This document shows, piece by piece, positions 20,508 to 30,266 of a DNA stretch of 64,000 nucleotides (the stretch's first letter is position 1; each line of letters opens with the position of its first letter). The DNA comes from Bryobacteraceae bacterium (GTDB lineage: Bacteria > Acidobacteriota > Terriglobia > Bryobacterales > Bryobacteraceae). The stretch is from positions 50,062-114,061 of the forward strand of contig DATGIL010000007.1 in NCBI GenBank assembly GCA_035295745.1, read 5' to 3'. Below the pieces are notes generated by a model. That model worked only from the letters and a program-made list of their open reading frames with translations, was not told the DNA's origin and did not search any database. A program made the translations under genes and the position numbers.

Positions 20508-20750
20508 GCCTTAACTTCTTTCTCATAACGTACTAGACTCGGCGTTAATCTAGTGATCCTGGAAGACTTAGGACGTCGGTACCACACCCCCCTTCCCGTA
20601 CTTTCTCCGGCATTTCCTTATTGCATTTGTAACAACTTCGGTCTGAAATAGAAGACGTGATTGTGTTGATGGCACATTCATAGATCTGTCACGGACAATG
20701 CGATAACGGCCCCGTTCCCAAAACTTTTTTAAGAGGACTCGGATTCAGCA

Positions 20751-21023
20751 ATGGATCTCTATAAAATAATTCAAACCCTATACGCCGAAAAGGCGCGGCT
20801 CGAAAGCATCATCGCTTCACTCGAATCGCTGCAGGGAATCAATCCACAGGTTCCGAAACCTCGCAGTACGCGAGGCCGCAAGTCGATGGGTGTCTCCGAG
20901 CGCAAAGAAGTTTCGGCGCGAATGAAGAAGTACTGGGAAAAGCGGCGGCGCAAAGAACAGGGCGATACCCCAGGCGAGGAGCAGAATCAGAATCACTTCG
21001 CCGGCCTTGCCAGCGCATTGTAG
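20751..21023 (+). CDS. Hypothetical small basic protein (N-terminal coiled-coil, K/R-rich centre)
   Basis: 90 aa ORF preceded by a 330-bp AT-rich region. No recognisable family. Confidence 0.35.
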   Translation: MDLYKIIQTLYAEKARLESIIASLESLQGINPQVPKPRSTRGRKSMGVSERKEVSARMKKYWEKRRRKEQGDTPGEEQNQNHFAGLASAL

Positions 21024-21218
21024 CTGCCCTTCGCGCCTTCGTGATCGACTCTCGGCCCGGGAAACCAGTGGCCGGGAACGCTCGGGTTTCTCTGCGAACT
21101 CGCTCGTGGAAACCCTGAAATGACTATCGGCAATTCGCTGAAAGTACTATCCCCGGAAATTATTTTGGCACTATCAGGCCGCCATTTACGCCGTTCAAAG
21201 TGAATAGCAGGAGGGGCG

Positions 21219-21476
21219 GTGGTGATGGCCAAAATCAATGTGTTGCGCCGGCGAATGCTCGCAACCGGCAAAAGTCTGGGCGGAAGACTCTTCCAGGAAA
21301 CCATACGTAAACGGCGCACTTCGCCGCGGGGCACGAGCCTACGCGGGCATGCCCGTGTGAAGACGCTCGCGATCGAGTATGCGACCGCAATCGCCGCCTA
21401 CCGGCGCGAAGTGGAACAACTCGCCGCGCCCAAATTGCGTCAACAGAATCAACGCGAAGTCAGGCTTCACCACTAA
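21219..21476 (+). CDS. Hypothetical small basic protein
   Basis: 85 aa ORF, arginine-rich. No recognisable family. Confidence 0.3.
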   Translation: MVMAKINVLRRRMLATGKSLGGRLFQETIRKRRTSPRGTSLRGHARVKTLAIEYATAIAAYRREVEQLAAPKLRQQNQREVRLHH

Positions 21477-21518
21477 CGAGGCTCTTCCGGCGGACGAACT
21501 CTGGCAAATCGACGACAC

Positions 21519-23303
21519 CTACTGGATGAGCGAAACTGCCATCCTGTTCATTGGGTTGGGCAGCGGTTTCAGGTCCAATTGCGTATTGATCGCCATCTGC
21601 AATGCGCCGGCGATGAATTGCGCTGGTCCCGCAATCGTATCGCCCGGGAGCAGACCGAGTACGGTGATCCAAGCCCCGCGGGGTGCATAGATCGTTCCGA
21701 GAAAGTTCACTCCCGCCTTCCCGCCCGACTGCGAAGCCTCCAGAATCATCTGCTGCGAGCCCGGAATCTGCAGAACGTTGGCGCAGACTGAGCCGCACGA
21801 CAGGTCGAGCGCGCCATTGCTACTGTATTTCAGCGTGGTATTGGCTTGATCTTGCCAGAAGAGCACCGGCGCAAAGGGCTTTAGCTCTGCCGGAAGATTG
21901 GCGCTTGAGGCGTTGAGGCCGTGTAACGTCGCCGTATAACCCAGTCCGCCCTGGACCCCGGCGGTCACTTGCGGAAACGAGAGACCGCTATTCTGAATCG
22001 CTTGCGGCAATTTGAGGCCGGAGTAGTTGGTGTCCGTGAAGATGAAGATTTCGCCCGCGTCGGTGTTCTGAGTGATCGTCCCACCGTCAAGCGGCGTGCC
22101 ATCCTGCAGCTTGGAGTTGACTCCAGCGGTGAGCCCAATTCCAGGACCGCCGGAGACGGGCTGGGCTCCCGCAAAAACATACCGCCCTGGGCTGAAAGTC
22201 ACGGAACTGAGCGACGCCGTGACCAGCCCTCCGTAGAAGACGTAATTGCAGAATCCGCCGCAGGGATTCGATGCTCCGTCGGAGAAGGTCACGCTACCTG
22301 CGATCGTGATCGGTAGCCCCGAGGGCGTTCCCAGACCGGGAAGTGTTGCATAGTAATTTCCCGGTGCCAGCAATTTCGTTCCGCCTAACAAGTTTCCAGT
22401 GATCACTCCGCCGGGAACAGGCACATCCGGAAGCCCCGCCGGCGCGGGAGGCTGTCCCTTGCCGCGCATGGGATCGCGAAAGCCTTCGCCGTCCTGGAAG
22501 CCATTCTTTGGCGAGGCAGACCAGGCGGAAATCCCCAACGCATTGATACCGCCCGGCCCCATGATGTCGGTGAAGGGCGCACTCACTTGCGCGCTGCCCA
22601 GAATGGTTGCGGCAGCCACATTTGGCAACGGCGTGGACGAAGAGTTCGAAGACGACATATAGATACCCCCAGGCGCGTTGACCTTCGCTCCAATCGCCGA
22701 CAGAAAGTCTTCGCCGCATACCACTCCGATCTGCAGCGCCGAAACGAAGCAGTCCGAGGAGCGGTTCAGCAGATACATCGACGCATTTACAGACACGGGG
22801 AACATCGCTGCCGTAGCCTTCGCAGTCACATTCAGGTTCCGGTTGCCCAGTACCGCGGAGAACAATTGCGGGGATTGCTGCGAGGCCACGGCCTGGACCC
22901 AGTACGACAGTCCGGGTACATTGGAACCATCCAGTCCTGCGCCGGCCTGGGCGGCGACTTGCAGCGATTGCCGGCCGTTCATTCCACTCTGTGTCACACC
23001 ATTCTGTCGTGCATAGAGACACCCGCTGCTCAGATTGCCGGAAGACGGGCACGGGCCTAGGGCTTGGCATTGCACGTTCTGGCCGCATTGCGCCGTGGCG
23101 TTTTGGCCTAAGTCCTGCAGCGCTTTCGACGCAGCCCCGAGCGCCGCGGAATCGGCGGCCGATTGAGTCATTCGTTGCAGGGAGTATCCCCATCCCAAGT
23201 CAATGGCCAAGCCCAGCGTTCCGAAAACGACGGGCATGGAGAGTACAGTCAATAAGAGCGCCTGGCCCCTTCGGGGGCACGATCCTGCCGGCATAGGTTT
23301 CAC
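21519..23303 (-). CDS. TadG-like Flp/Tad pilus assembly (pseudopilin-like) protein
   Basis: 594 aa. N-terminus RRGQALLLTVLSMPVVFGTLGLAIDLGWGYSLQRMTQSAADSAALGAA matches the Tad/TadG N-terminal domain. Long G/S/N-rich extracellular region. Confidence 0.65.
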   Translation of the reverse strand: MKPMPAGSCPRRGQALLLTVLSMPVVFGTLGLAIDLGWGYSLQRMTQSAADSAALGAASKALQDLGQNATAQCGQNVQCQALGPCPSSGNLSSGCLYARQNGVTQSGMNGRQSLQVAAQAGAGLDGSNVPGLSYWVQAVASQQSPQLFSAVLGNRNLNVTAKATAAMFPVSVNASMYLLNRSSDCFVSALQIGVVCGEDFLSAIGAKVNAPGGIYMSSSNSSSTPLPNVAAATILGSAQVSAPFTDIMGPGGINALGISAWSASPKNGFQDGEGFRDPMRGKGQPPAPAGLPDVPVPGGVITGNLLGGTKLLAPGNYYATLPGLGTPSGLPITIAGSVTFSDGASNPCGGFCNYVFYGGLVTASLSSVTFSPGRYVFAGAQPVSGGPGIGLTAGVNSKLQDGTPLDGGTITQNTDAGEIFIFTDTNYSGLKLPQAIQNSGLSFPQVTAGVQGGLGYTATLHGLNASSANLPAELKPFAPVLFWQDQANTTLKYSSNGALDLSCGSVCANVLQIPGSQQMILEASQSGGKAGVNFLGTIYAPRGAWITVLGLLPGDTIAGPAQFIAGALQMAINTQLDLKPLPNPMNRMAVSLIQ

Positions 23304-23304
23304 C

Positions 23305-23814
23305 TCAAAATACGATTTCTTCCTGGGACTTGGCGCCCAGGTTCAGAGTGGAAAAGTTGACTTTCCCGGCGCCTGGCCAGAACATGGCCAGCGCCGAGCG
23401 AAACGGATAGCTGCACGAGATGGTGATGGCCGTGCCTACACTGTTGTCTGAGGCAGGGGGCCAGGTGCTCGCATTCCCGATGCATTGATTCAGCGGACTG
23501 CAATTGAGCGACGTGCCGGTAGTCTGCAACACGACACTCAACTGGTCCGGCGGGATGCCCGTAGCGCTGCCGCGAATGACTTGCGCGACCGCGTCCACCG
23601 TAATGGGGCACGCCGAGGAAGCCGCGGCACAGCTACTGCCGTGGACCGCCGCATAGCGCGTTGCCTTCCTCACCGAAAAGGCCACAGTGTTGTAGATCCA
23701 CATGCCGCGAGCCAGCTCAACGATGGAGATCAGAATGAAAATCAGCGGAATACAAACCAGGGTGAACTCGATCATCGAGTTGCCTCTGCGTAAGTGTCGT
23801 CGTGATGGTCTCAT
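23305..23814 (-). CDS. TadE/TadF-like pseudopilin
   Basis: 169 aa. RRGNSMIEFTLVCIPLIFILISIVELARGMW is the TadE-like N-terminal motif. Start/stop overlaps with both neighbours. Confidence 0.7.
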   Translation of the reverse strand: MRPSRRHLRRGNSMIEFTLVCIPLIFILISIVELARGMWIYNTVAFSVRKATRYAAVHGSSCAAASSACPITVDAVAQVIRGSATGIPPDQLSVVLQTTGTSLNCSPLNQCIGNASTWPPASDNSVGTAITISCSYPFRSALAMFWPGAGKVNFSTLNLGAKSQEEIVF

Positions 23815-24329
23815 GGCAATGTGTCTCTCAATCGCATCTCAGCGGTCTGCGTGATGGCGGTCACTCCCTGAATCGGCACGCGAAAGAGCGGCGGCATCTG
23901 GTAAGTAACGGTGACCAGCGCCGCGGGGCCGCTATCGGCGGTGGAACCCGACGATCCGCAGGCCGTCGTCCCGTTGCAGTAGTTCGCCGCCACTGACAAC
24001 GGGAGGCCGCTGCAACTGCCGCTGAACGATGGCCCGATATTCGGCAGGCTGCGCATCTCCTCCATCACCAGTTTGCAGGCTCCAGCCTGATCGATCGCGG
24101 CCGCATTGTTCGCCGAGCCGTGCAGGGCCGCGACGCGCGCCGCGTTTTTTACGGAAATGAAGGCGTACGCGTAGAATCCGAGGTCGAAGACGCCCGTAAA
24201 TAAGAAGATCACACATGGAAAAATCAAACAGAATTCAATGATCGCGTTGCCCCGCCGGTGGGCACGCGAAGCCGGCATATTTTTTCTTGCCACTTGTATG
24301 AGCATCAATCCTCGCGATTTCTGTATCAA
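23811..24329 (-). CDS. TadE-like pseudopilin
   Basis: 172 aa. RRGNAIIEFCLIFPCVIFLFTGVFDLGFYAYAFISVKNAARVAA is the TadE-like motif. Confidence 0.7.
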   Translation of the reverse strand: MIQKSRGLMLIQVARKNMPASRAHRRGNAIIEFCLIFPCVIFLFTGVFDLGFYAYAFISVKNAARVAALHGSANNAAAIDQAGACKLVMEEMRSLPNIGPSFSGSCSGLPLSVAANYCNGTTACGSSGSTADSGPAALVTVTYQMPPLFRVPIQGVTAITQTAEMRLRDTLP

Positions 24330-24467
24330 TTCTCGAGGAGTCGAGGCAGAAGGACGTTGATTTAGATCAAAAGAATTCGCTGGTAGTACTAATTTTTGAT
24401 ATTAATTTTTTCAAAAATGCCAGGCGCTGACGTCCCAATTTTGGAGGTGAGTTGCAAGAACCCGAGT
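24330..24467 (-). promoter_or_regulatory. AT-rich intergenic region, probable promoter region of the tadE-tadE-tadG operon
   Basis: Locally AT-rich (AAAGAATTCGCTGGTAGTACTAATTTTTGATATTAATTTTTTCAAAAATG) in an otherwise 60% GC context. Lies directly upstream of the first tadE-like gene on the minus strand. Confidence 0.3.
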
Positions 24468-27122
24468 TTATCGAAGCCAACCCAGCAGGGTGGGCCGTCG
24501 AAATCCCTTCAGCACCCACAACGAACTCCGCGGCTGGCTCGCCGAGGTGACGAACGACTTTCCATCCGGTGACAAACTGAATCCACGAAGTTCCGCGGCC
24601 GTCTGCAATGGCAGTTCGCCCAGCACCTTCTCGACCGGTTTCGCCACGTCGACCGAGACAATCTGACGATGGCGGTCGGCCGATTCGCGAATGCCCACTA
24701 GTGACTTGCCGTCTGAACTCCACCCGAACACCAGCCATTTACTCGTGCTCAGGACGTGACTCTCCCGGCCATCGTCCGACACCACTGCGAGACCCTCCAT
24801 GGTCATACAGGCGATCGTGTGGCCCTGCACGCGATTCCATTTGGGATGCGATCGCACGGCGCCCTTTTGCAATACCACCGGCGCCGAACCCCCGCCGCTT
24901 TGCGCCTTCACCAGCGTCCAGACTCCGTTGAAGTTCTGCAGGTAGGCGATCCACGAACTGTCGTCATTCCAGGAAGGCGATTGCTGGTCGTTGGAGTCAG
25001 TGGTGAGCCGCAAGGGCTTTCCTCCAGCCACGCTGGAAATATAGATGGCGTGCCCGGACTCTCCCGCCACCGAGTAGGCGATACGCCGGGAGTCGGGTGA
25101 AAAGGAGGGCTCGCCAAACGAGGCGATCCACGTCTGGTCGAAGTCCTTTTCCGTCACCAGCGGGCGTTCCCAGCCCTCATTGGGACTTTTTAACCAGATC
25201 TGCGAGGTCCCGGTGCGATCGGTGGTGAAGACCAGTTGATCGCCCGATGGCGACCACGTGGGATCCAGTTCGTTCCGCGGCGTGACCATCAGGGCGTGCT
25301 CCGATGAGCCGTCTAACGGCACGGTAATCACATCGAAGTCGCTTTCCAGAGCACTGAATGCAATGGTGGCGCCATCGGGTGACACAGAGGCCTCAGTAGC
25401 ATCGCGCGTGAGCATCGAAACCGGCCGCATGAGGCCGCTCCGCGTGTCGATAACCTGCAAGTCGGCACCGGTCGCTCCCGGCACGAGTCCTCCGAAAACG
25501 ATATGGCGCCCGTCCGGCATCCAACTGAAGGGATACGTCCCCTGCACCAGCGTCAGCGGTTCTTGTGGAGTGCCTTCGGGATAGGGCAGAATCCACAACT
25601 CTGAGCGCCCGTCCCAGCGGGCCAGCCAGGCACCCAATGCCTTCCCATCCGGCGTGAACGCGACGTAACCGAATTGGAAACGGGAGTTGGCAAACGGTGC
25701 GCCGGTGTAGCGCCGTGGACCACTGCCATCCGGCGAGGAGAACCACAACGAGAGTGGCTCTTTGCCCGTGGAGTCGTCGCGGAGAAAGGCCAACGTCTTG
25801 CCATCGGGCGACAGGGAGGCGGCGGAAGCGTTCTCCTGGACAGTGGCTGGCGAACCTCCGGTGGCGCCGATCACGCGCAGAGCCTTCCCCTTCGCGCCGG
25901 CATTGAAGTAGTAGATCTTGGTGCCGTCCGGCGACCAGAAAGGCATCTCGCAATCGTTCGTAGAGTTGGTGACTTCCGCGGACATGGGAGATTTGAGATC
26001 GCGAACGAACACCTGGCGGATGCCATGGGCTTCCGCGGTGTACACGACGCTGCCGCCGTCGCGAGACCAAACCGGAGAGGTCTCATTGGCGCCGGAACTG
26101 ATCAGCGGCTCCACACGATAACTCCGCATGTCCACCAAAGCGTCCGGTAAGACCAGGAACTCCGTAGCCAGACTGCCCGCCGCCAAGCCTACCAGACCCA
26201 CCAGCAGGCTCCAGAGAGGACGGCGCCGGCGCACCGGTGGCGCCGGCAATGCAGGCGTTTTGGGACTGGAGACTTCGTCCAGCCGCGACCGCATGATCAT
26301 CAATTCGCGATGCAGGTCACATGTCGAAGCGTAACGGTCTAGGGGATCTTTCGCCATGCAGCGATCGATGCACCAACGGACCGGCGCGGCAATGGCCGGA
26401 TGCGATTCCGCAATCGGCGGAGCCTGCTCTTCCATGATCGCCATCATGGTGCTGACCGCCGTGGGCCGGGAAAACGCCGGCTTCCCCGTGACCATCTCGT
26501 AGAGCACCAGGCCGAACGAAAACTGATCGGAGCGATGGTCCAGTTCTGCGCCTTGCGCCTGTTCCGGACTCATGTACGCGGCGGTGCCCACCAGGAAGCC
26601 GGTCCCGGTGACCGGATTGTTCGGAGCACTCGCGCTCTGCGCGCGCACCCGTTTGGCCAGCCCGAAGTCGAGGATCTTGGCATGCCCATCTTTGGTCACC
26701 ATCAGGTTGGCGGGCTTCAGGTCGCGATGCACGATGCCTGCCTGGTGGGCGGCTGCCAGACCCGCAGCCACCTGCACGGCGATATCCAGCACCTTGCGTA
26801 AAGGCATGGGCCCGCGCGCCAGGATGTTGCGCAGAGAATCGCCTTCGATCAACTCCGAGACGATGTAGGAGACTCCGCCGTCCCTGCCGACATCGTGGAT
26901 GGTCAGCAGGTTGGGATGATTCAAGGCGCTCGCAGCACGGGCCTCCAGGGCGAACCGCCGCTGAAGGTCAGTGTCGTAGGCTGCTTCGTCAAGTAGAATC
27001 TTGATGGCGACGTCGCGTTCCAGGCGTTCATCCCGCGCGCGGTAGACCTCACCCATGCCACCGGCGCCCAAAGACGTAGTAATTCGGTACGGGCCCAAAT
27101 GACTACCAGGGGTAAGAGCCAT
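24468..27122 (-). CDS. Serine/threonine protein kinase with C-terminal TolB-like beta-propeller repeats
   Basis: 884 aa. [20 protein letters not shown]...AIKIL (G-loop and VAIK), [16 protein letters not shown], a TM segment ([18 protein letters not shown]), then repeated ...SPDG(K/T)...(A/I)F beta-propeller blades. Confidence 0.85.
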   Translation of the reverse strand: MALTPGSHLGPYRITTSLGAGGMGEVYRARDERLERDVAIKILLDEAAYDTDLQRRFALEARAASALNHPNLLTIHDVGRDGGVSYIVSELIEGDSLRNILARGPMPLRKVLDIAVQVAAGLAAAHQAGIVHRDLKPANLMVTKDGHAKILDFGLAKRVRAQSASAPNNPVTGTGFLVGTAAYMSPEQAQGAELDHRSDQFSFGLVLYEMVTGKPAFSRPTAVSTMMAIMEEQAPPIAESHPAIAAPVRWCIDRCMAKDPLDRYASTCDLHRELMIMRSRLDEVSSPKTPALPAPPVRRRRPLWSLLVGLVGLAAGSLATEFLVLPDALVDMRSYRVEPLISSGANETSPVWSRDGGSVVYTAEAHGIRQVFVRDLKSPMSAEVTNSTNDCEMPFWSPDGTKIYYFNAGAKGKALRVIGATGGSPATVQENASAASLSPDGKTLAFLRDDSTGKEPLSLWFSSPDGSGPRRYTGAPFANSRFQFGYVAFTPDGKALGAWLARWDGRSELWILPYPEGTPQEPLTLVQGTYPFSWMPDGRHIVFGGLVPGATGADLQVIDTRSGLMRPVSMLTRDATEASVSPDGATIAFSALESDFDVITVPLDGSSEHALMVTPRNELDPTWSPSGDQLVFTTDRTGTSQIWLKSPNEGWERPLVTEKDFDQTWIASFGEPSFSPDSRRIAYSVAGESGHAIYISSVAGGKPLRLTTDSNDQQSPSWNDDSSWIAYLQNFNGVWTLVKAQSGGGSAPVVLQKGAVRSHPKWNRVQGHTIACMTMEGLAVVSDDGRESHVLSTSKWLVFGWSSDGKSLVGIRESADRHRQIVSVDVAKPVEKVLGELPLQTAAELRGFSLSPDGKSFVTSASQPRSSLWVLKGFRRPTLLGWLR

Positions 27123-27352
27123 GGCATCATTGTAGAGCTTGTATAGATCAGATGTGCTGTTTACTACAGTGAACGGCGGAATCTCAGTTCATCTGATAAA
27201 TCGAGTTGCGATCTGCACCCCGAACCGGCCCGACGTTTCGTCCAGCGACGGTTGAAATTCCGGAATCTACTGCGATACTCCGGAATCGGCCGGGGAGATG
27301 CTTGGGACCGCCATGGTTTCGAACATACTATCATTGCAAGGTGCCGTCGCGT

Positions 27353-28945
27353 GTGACCAATGCCGATCGAATCATCTCGATGTTGCAGGAAGCTGGAGTA
27401 GAGCGATTGTTCGGCATGCCGGGAGGCGGCAGCAACGCCGATCTGATCGAAGCTGCGGGTAATGCCGGTCTGCCATTTTCGCTGGCCCATACCGAGACCG
27501 CTTCCGCATTCATGGCGGCGGCGCAGGCCGAAATCACAGGCAAGCCGGGCGCTTGTCTGGCGACGCTCGGACCGGGCGCCGCGTCGCTGATGAACGGAAT
27601 CGCCCATGCGCATCTCGATCGCGTTCCTCTGCTGGTGCTCACGGATTGCCTGAAAGAGCGCGATCGCCACGTGATGCTGCATCAGGGATTGCGGCATAGT
27701 GAGATGTTTCGCCCGGTGGTGAAGTGGAGTGCGCGGCCCGGAGTAGGCGAGATCGAGCAGGCATTGGATCAGGCCCTGGAGCAAGTCCTGAGTCTGCCGC
27801 CGGGTCCCGTGCACCTTGATCTTTCGAGCGAGGTCACTTCTTCGCAAGTCGTTGGAGGGGATACTGCGAAAAGTCTCGACATTAGTGTCGAGACGGCGAA
27901 CAGGCGAGCTTGCGCCACGGCCCCGGCGCGGTATCCCGTGTTGCTCGTGGGACTGGGAGCTCGCAGCCCGGAAACTGCTTCTGCCCTTCGGGAACTCTGC
28001 GAACGATTCCACATTCCGGCGCTCGTCACCTACAAAGCCAAAGGCGTGATTCCGGATCACCATCCGTGGTTCGGCGGCGTCTTTACCAATGCCTCGCTGG
28101 AGAGCAACGTCCTCGAACGAGCCGATCTGTTCATCGCGGTCGGCCTCGACCCGGTCGAACTCCTGCCGCGTCCCTGGAAGTTCTCGCATCCTGTAGTCTC
28201 GCTGAGTGCTTGGCCCACCGAGCCCAGCCAGATTCCTTTCAGTGCGGAATGGGTAGGAGACCTACCCTCTCTGTTGAATGAACTCGCCGCCTCGCTGACT
28301 CCCTCGCAATGGGACAGTGCCGAACTGCGCGGACTGGTGGACGACCAACGCCGCCGCATGCGGCCGGAACAGACTCCGAAGGAGTGGCCTCTCCTCCCGC
28401 ATCGCATTGTCGAGATCACCGAGAAGATCTACTCGGGCAGCCGCATCACCGTCGATGCCGGCGCTCACATGTTTCCGGTGATGTCGCTCTGGCCCGCGGA
28501 AGAACCGTCGGGAGTGCTCATCTCAAACGGACTGTCGACCATGGGATTCGCTCTGCCCGCCGCCATTGGAGCGGCTTTCCTCGACACTTCCCGTCCGGTG
28601 GTCGCGTTCACGGGCGATGGCGGCCTGATGATGTGTACGGGCGAACTGGCCACGGCCGCGCGCGCCGCTCTTCCGCTGCGAATCATTGTTTTCCAAGACA
28701 ACGAACTCAGCCTCATCAAGGTCAAACAAGAGCAGCGCGGGTATCGGACGGATGGCGTATCGTTCGGCTGCATCGACTGGACCGGAGTCGCATCCGGCTT
28801 CGGGGTAACCGCCCGAGTCGCCGCCAACGAGAACGAACTACAATCCGTCCTGCGGGAGACGGCCGACATTCGCGGCCCCGTCCTGATCGCCGCAAGAATC
28901 TCGGGAGAAAGCTATGCAGCCACCATCCGGGCGCTCCGTGGTTAA
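27353..28945 (+). CDS. Thiamine-pyrophosphate-dependent enzyme (acetolactate-synthase-like family)
   Basis: ADRIISMLQEAGVERLFGMPGGGSN is the N-terminal TPP_enzyme_N motif. ...GDGGLMMCTGELATAA is the TPP-binding GDG motif. GTG start at 27353 chosen by homology; the ORF track extends upstream to 27206. Confidence 0.7.
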   Translation: MTNADRIISMLQEAGVERLFGMPGGGSNADLIEAAGNAGLPFSLAHTETASAFMAAAQAEITGKPGACLATLGPGAASLMNGIAHAHLDRVPLLVLTDCLKERDRHVMLHQGLRHSEMFRPVVKWSARPGVGEIEQALDQALEQVLSLPPGPVHLDLSSEVTSSQVVGGDTAKSLDISVETANRRACATAPARYPVLLVGLGARSPETASALRELCERFHIPALVTYKAKGVIPDHHPWFGGVFTNASLESNVLERADLFIAVGLDPVELLPRPWKFSHPVVSLSAWPTEPSQIPFSAEWVGDLPSLLNELAASLTPSQWDSAELRGLVDDQRRRMRPEQTPKEWPLLPHRIVEITEKIYSGSRITVDAGAHMFPVMSLWPAEEPSGVLISNGLSTMGFALPAAIGAAFLDTSRPVVAFTGDGGLMMCTGELATAARAALPLRIIVFQDNELSLIKVKQEQRGYRTDGVSFGCIDWTGVASGFGVTARVAANENELQSVLRETADIRGPVLIAARISGESYAATIRALRG

Positions 28946-28946
28946 C

Positions 28947-30266
28947 ATGGCCCGCGAGACGCGCCTTCTTGCGGGGGCGCTCGCCGATGCCACATTCGCC
29001 GGCCTGCCGCCCGACGCCGTGGACGCCACCCGCCGCTCGATTCTCGACTGGCTCGGGTCGGCGCTGGCCGGCGCTTTGGAACCGCCTGCCCGTATGGCGC
29101 AGCGCGTCGTGGCAGCGCTTGGAAGGTCCGATGAGGCAACGGTGTTCGGCGGCGGGCGCTCCTCCGCGGCGGGAGCGGCGCTCGCCAATGGCGTCGCATC
29201 GCACATTCTGGAACTCGATGACATTCACAAAGGCTCCACGGTGCACGCGGCCGCGCCGGTCATTTCCGCGGCGTTGGCAGTGGCCGAACGCGAGCACGCC
29301 GATGGGAAGGCTTTTCTGCTGGCCGTGGCTGTGGGATACGAGGCCGCGCTGCGGATCGGAGAAGCGGTGAATCCGAGCCACTATCGCTTCTGGCATCCCA
29401 CCGGAACGGCCGCGACTTTTGGCGCGGCCGCCGCGGCGGGCTCTCTGATGAAGCTGAATGCGTCGCAAATGTCGAATGCGTTGGGTAGCGCCGGCACTCA
29501 GGCCGCGGGACTCTGGGAGTTCAACGCCGATGGCACGATGAGTAAGCATCTGCATGCGGGCAAGGCGGCATTCAACGGGATTCTCTCGGCCGATCTGGCG
29601 CGGCAGGGCTTCACGGGTGCGAGTCGAATTCTGGAGGGCGAGCGCGGATTCTTTCGCGCCATGAGCACGTCATACGACCCGTCGCGCATCACCGACAGGT
29701 TGGGAACGCATTGGAAGATCACCGAGAACTGCTTCAAACTGCACGCCTGCTGCGGCCACACGCACAGCGCCATCGACCTGGCCCTCGAGTTTCGCGAGGC
29801 GCGTGGTTGGACGGGAGTAGAGGCGCTCGATCAGGTCGCGGAGATTCATATCGAAACCTACGGCCCAGGCTACGAAATCGTAAAGAACTCCACCCCCGTT
29901 ACTCCGTATCAGGAGAAGTTCAGCATCGCGTATTGTGTCGCTTCGGCGCTGCTGAAGGGAAGCCCGTGCGGCGCTCTCCTCGAACGCACGCGGGTCACGG
30001 TCGCCGAGGATCTGACGGCCAAATATCCCGGCGCCTGGCCCGCGCGGCTCACCATCGTGCTTCGCGATGGAGCGTCCACCACCCAATCGGCTGACTATCC
30101 GCGCGGCAACCCCGAGAATCCTGTCTCCACCACGGTACTCCAAGAGAAATTCCGCTCGTTGGTCACTCCGGTGTATGGAGCGCTGATCGCCGGCCGGATC
30201 CTTGACCTTTGCGCCTCCCTCGAGACCTGCCCCGACATGGGAGAAGCCCTCCTGCACCAGTTATGA
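28947..30266 (+). CDS. MmgE/PrpD-family protein (2-methylcitrate dehydratase superfamily)
   Basis: About 440 aa. MARETRLLAGALADATFAGLPPDAVDATRRSILDWLGSALAG is the conserved PrpD-family N-terminus. ATG is 2 nt after the upstream stop. Confidence 0.8.
   Translation: MARETRLLAGALADATFAGLPPDAVDATRRSILDWLGSALAGALEPPARMAQRVVAALGRSDEATVFGGGRSSAAGAALANGVASHILELDDIHKGSTVHAAAPVISAALAVAEREHADGKAFLLAVAVGYEAALRIGEAVNPSHYRFWHPTGTAATFGAAAAAGSLMKLNASQMSNALGSAGTQAAGLWEFNADGTMSKHLHAGKAAFNGILSADLARQGFTGASRILEGERGFFRAMSTSYDPSRITDRLGTHWKITENCFKLHACCGHTHSAIDLALEFREARGWTGVEALDQVAEIHIETYGPGYEIVKNSTPVTPYQEKFSIAYCVASALLKGSPCGALLERTRVTVAEDLTAKYPGAWPARLTIVLRDGASTTQSADYPRGNPENPVSTTVLQEKFRSLVTPVYGALIAGRILDLCASLETCPDMGEALLHQL

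Noticed and set aside
21219-21476. An AIEYA motif suggesting a Flp pilin next to the Tad genes.
   Set aside because: The motif is preceded by Lys rather than Gly. The protein lacks the hydrophobic helix that must follow the Flp G/XXXXEY cleavage motif, and it is Arg-rich and basic. So it is not a Flp prepilin.
24395-24440. Possible sigma-54 promoter (TGGCAT) upstream of the tad pseudopilin operon.
   Set aside because: Only the -24 GG element is present. There is no TTGC -12 element at the correct 5-nt spacing.
27206-27352. N-terminal 49-aa extension of the TPP-enzyme ORF as given in the track.
   Set aside because: Homologues begin at the ...ADRIISMLQEAGVE... region. The upstream extension is Pro/Arg-rich and overlaps the divergent promoter region, so the GTG at 27353 (or 27341) is the more likely start.
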